DNA from: Octopus sinensis
Lineage: Eukaryota
Length of the DNA stretch: 64,000 bases
Assembly (NCBI RefSeq): GCF_006345805.1
Contig: NC_043006.1
Coordinates: 87,234,001-87,298,000 of the forward strand
Reading direction: 5' to 3'
The notes below the pieces were generated by a model. It was not told the origin of the DNA. It did not search any database and saw nothing but the letters and a program-made list of their open reading frames with translations. Made by a program: the position numbers and the translations under genes. This document shows, one piece after another, positions 63,750 to 64,000 of this stretch; positions within the stretch are counted from its first letter, which is position 1; each line of letters begins with the position of its first letter.

Positions 63750-64000
63750 TTACATTATTTACATTATTTACATTTTGACGGATTTTGTCCTCATCTTGTT
63801 CATTGTTAACACAACGTTTCAGCTGATACACCCTCCAGCCTTCATAAGGTGTCTTGGGGACATTTCCAACCTGGGTTCTCATTCCTAAGGTATCTTTTCG
63901 ATGTTGTTGTTGTTGTTGTTATTATCATTATTATTCAGGTCACTGCCTGGAATTGAACTCGGAATCTTGGGGTTAGAAGCTTGCGCTCTTAACCACTATG
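63750..64000 (-). mobile_element. tRNA-headed SINE carrying a hammerhead ribozyme motif (runs off the window end)
   Basis: Minus strand: tagtggttaagagcg (A box), gagttcaattcc (B box), (AAT/AAC)n linker, HHR at 63809-63852, (aatgtaaat)n tail. Confidence 0.85.

Noticed and set aside
63935-64000. tRNA gene
   Set aside because: The tRNA-like part runs into a repeat body seen elsewhere in the window, so it is a SINE head. The same applies to the other A/B-box hits.

Overview
This is AT-rich eukaryotic intronic/intergenic DNA, dense in microsatellites and repeats. The repeat set (tRNA-derived SINEs, RTE LINEs with (GAT)n tails, mariner/Tc1/maT relics, Penelope-like elements) resembles an octopus/coleoid cephalopod genome; this assignment is an inference. 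No intact host gene is visible, only one good exon candidate (9169-9358, minus strand), and nearly all listed ORFs are microsatellite or TE artefacts. The main hidden structure is an RNA-level system. About 14 minimal type I hammerhead ribozyme (HHR) motifs from several families occur here, nearly all with a short palindromic stem III, and some carry compensatory G3-C8 or U3-A8 core changes. They lie in (i) five Penelope-type fold-back insertions (four with GIY-YIG remnants), one a ~2.8-kb palindrome, (ii) short solo repeats embedded in (TA)n, and (iii) a tRNA-headed SINE whose 3' half is an HHR plus an (AATGTAAAT)n tail. All alignments and folds were done by eye; coordinates of decayed elements are approximate.
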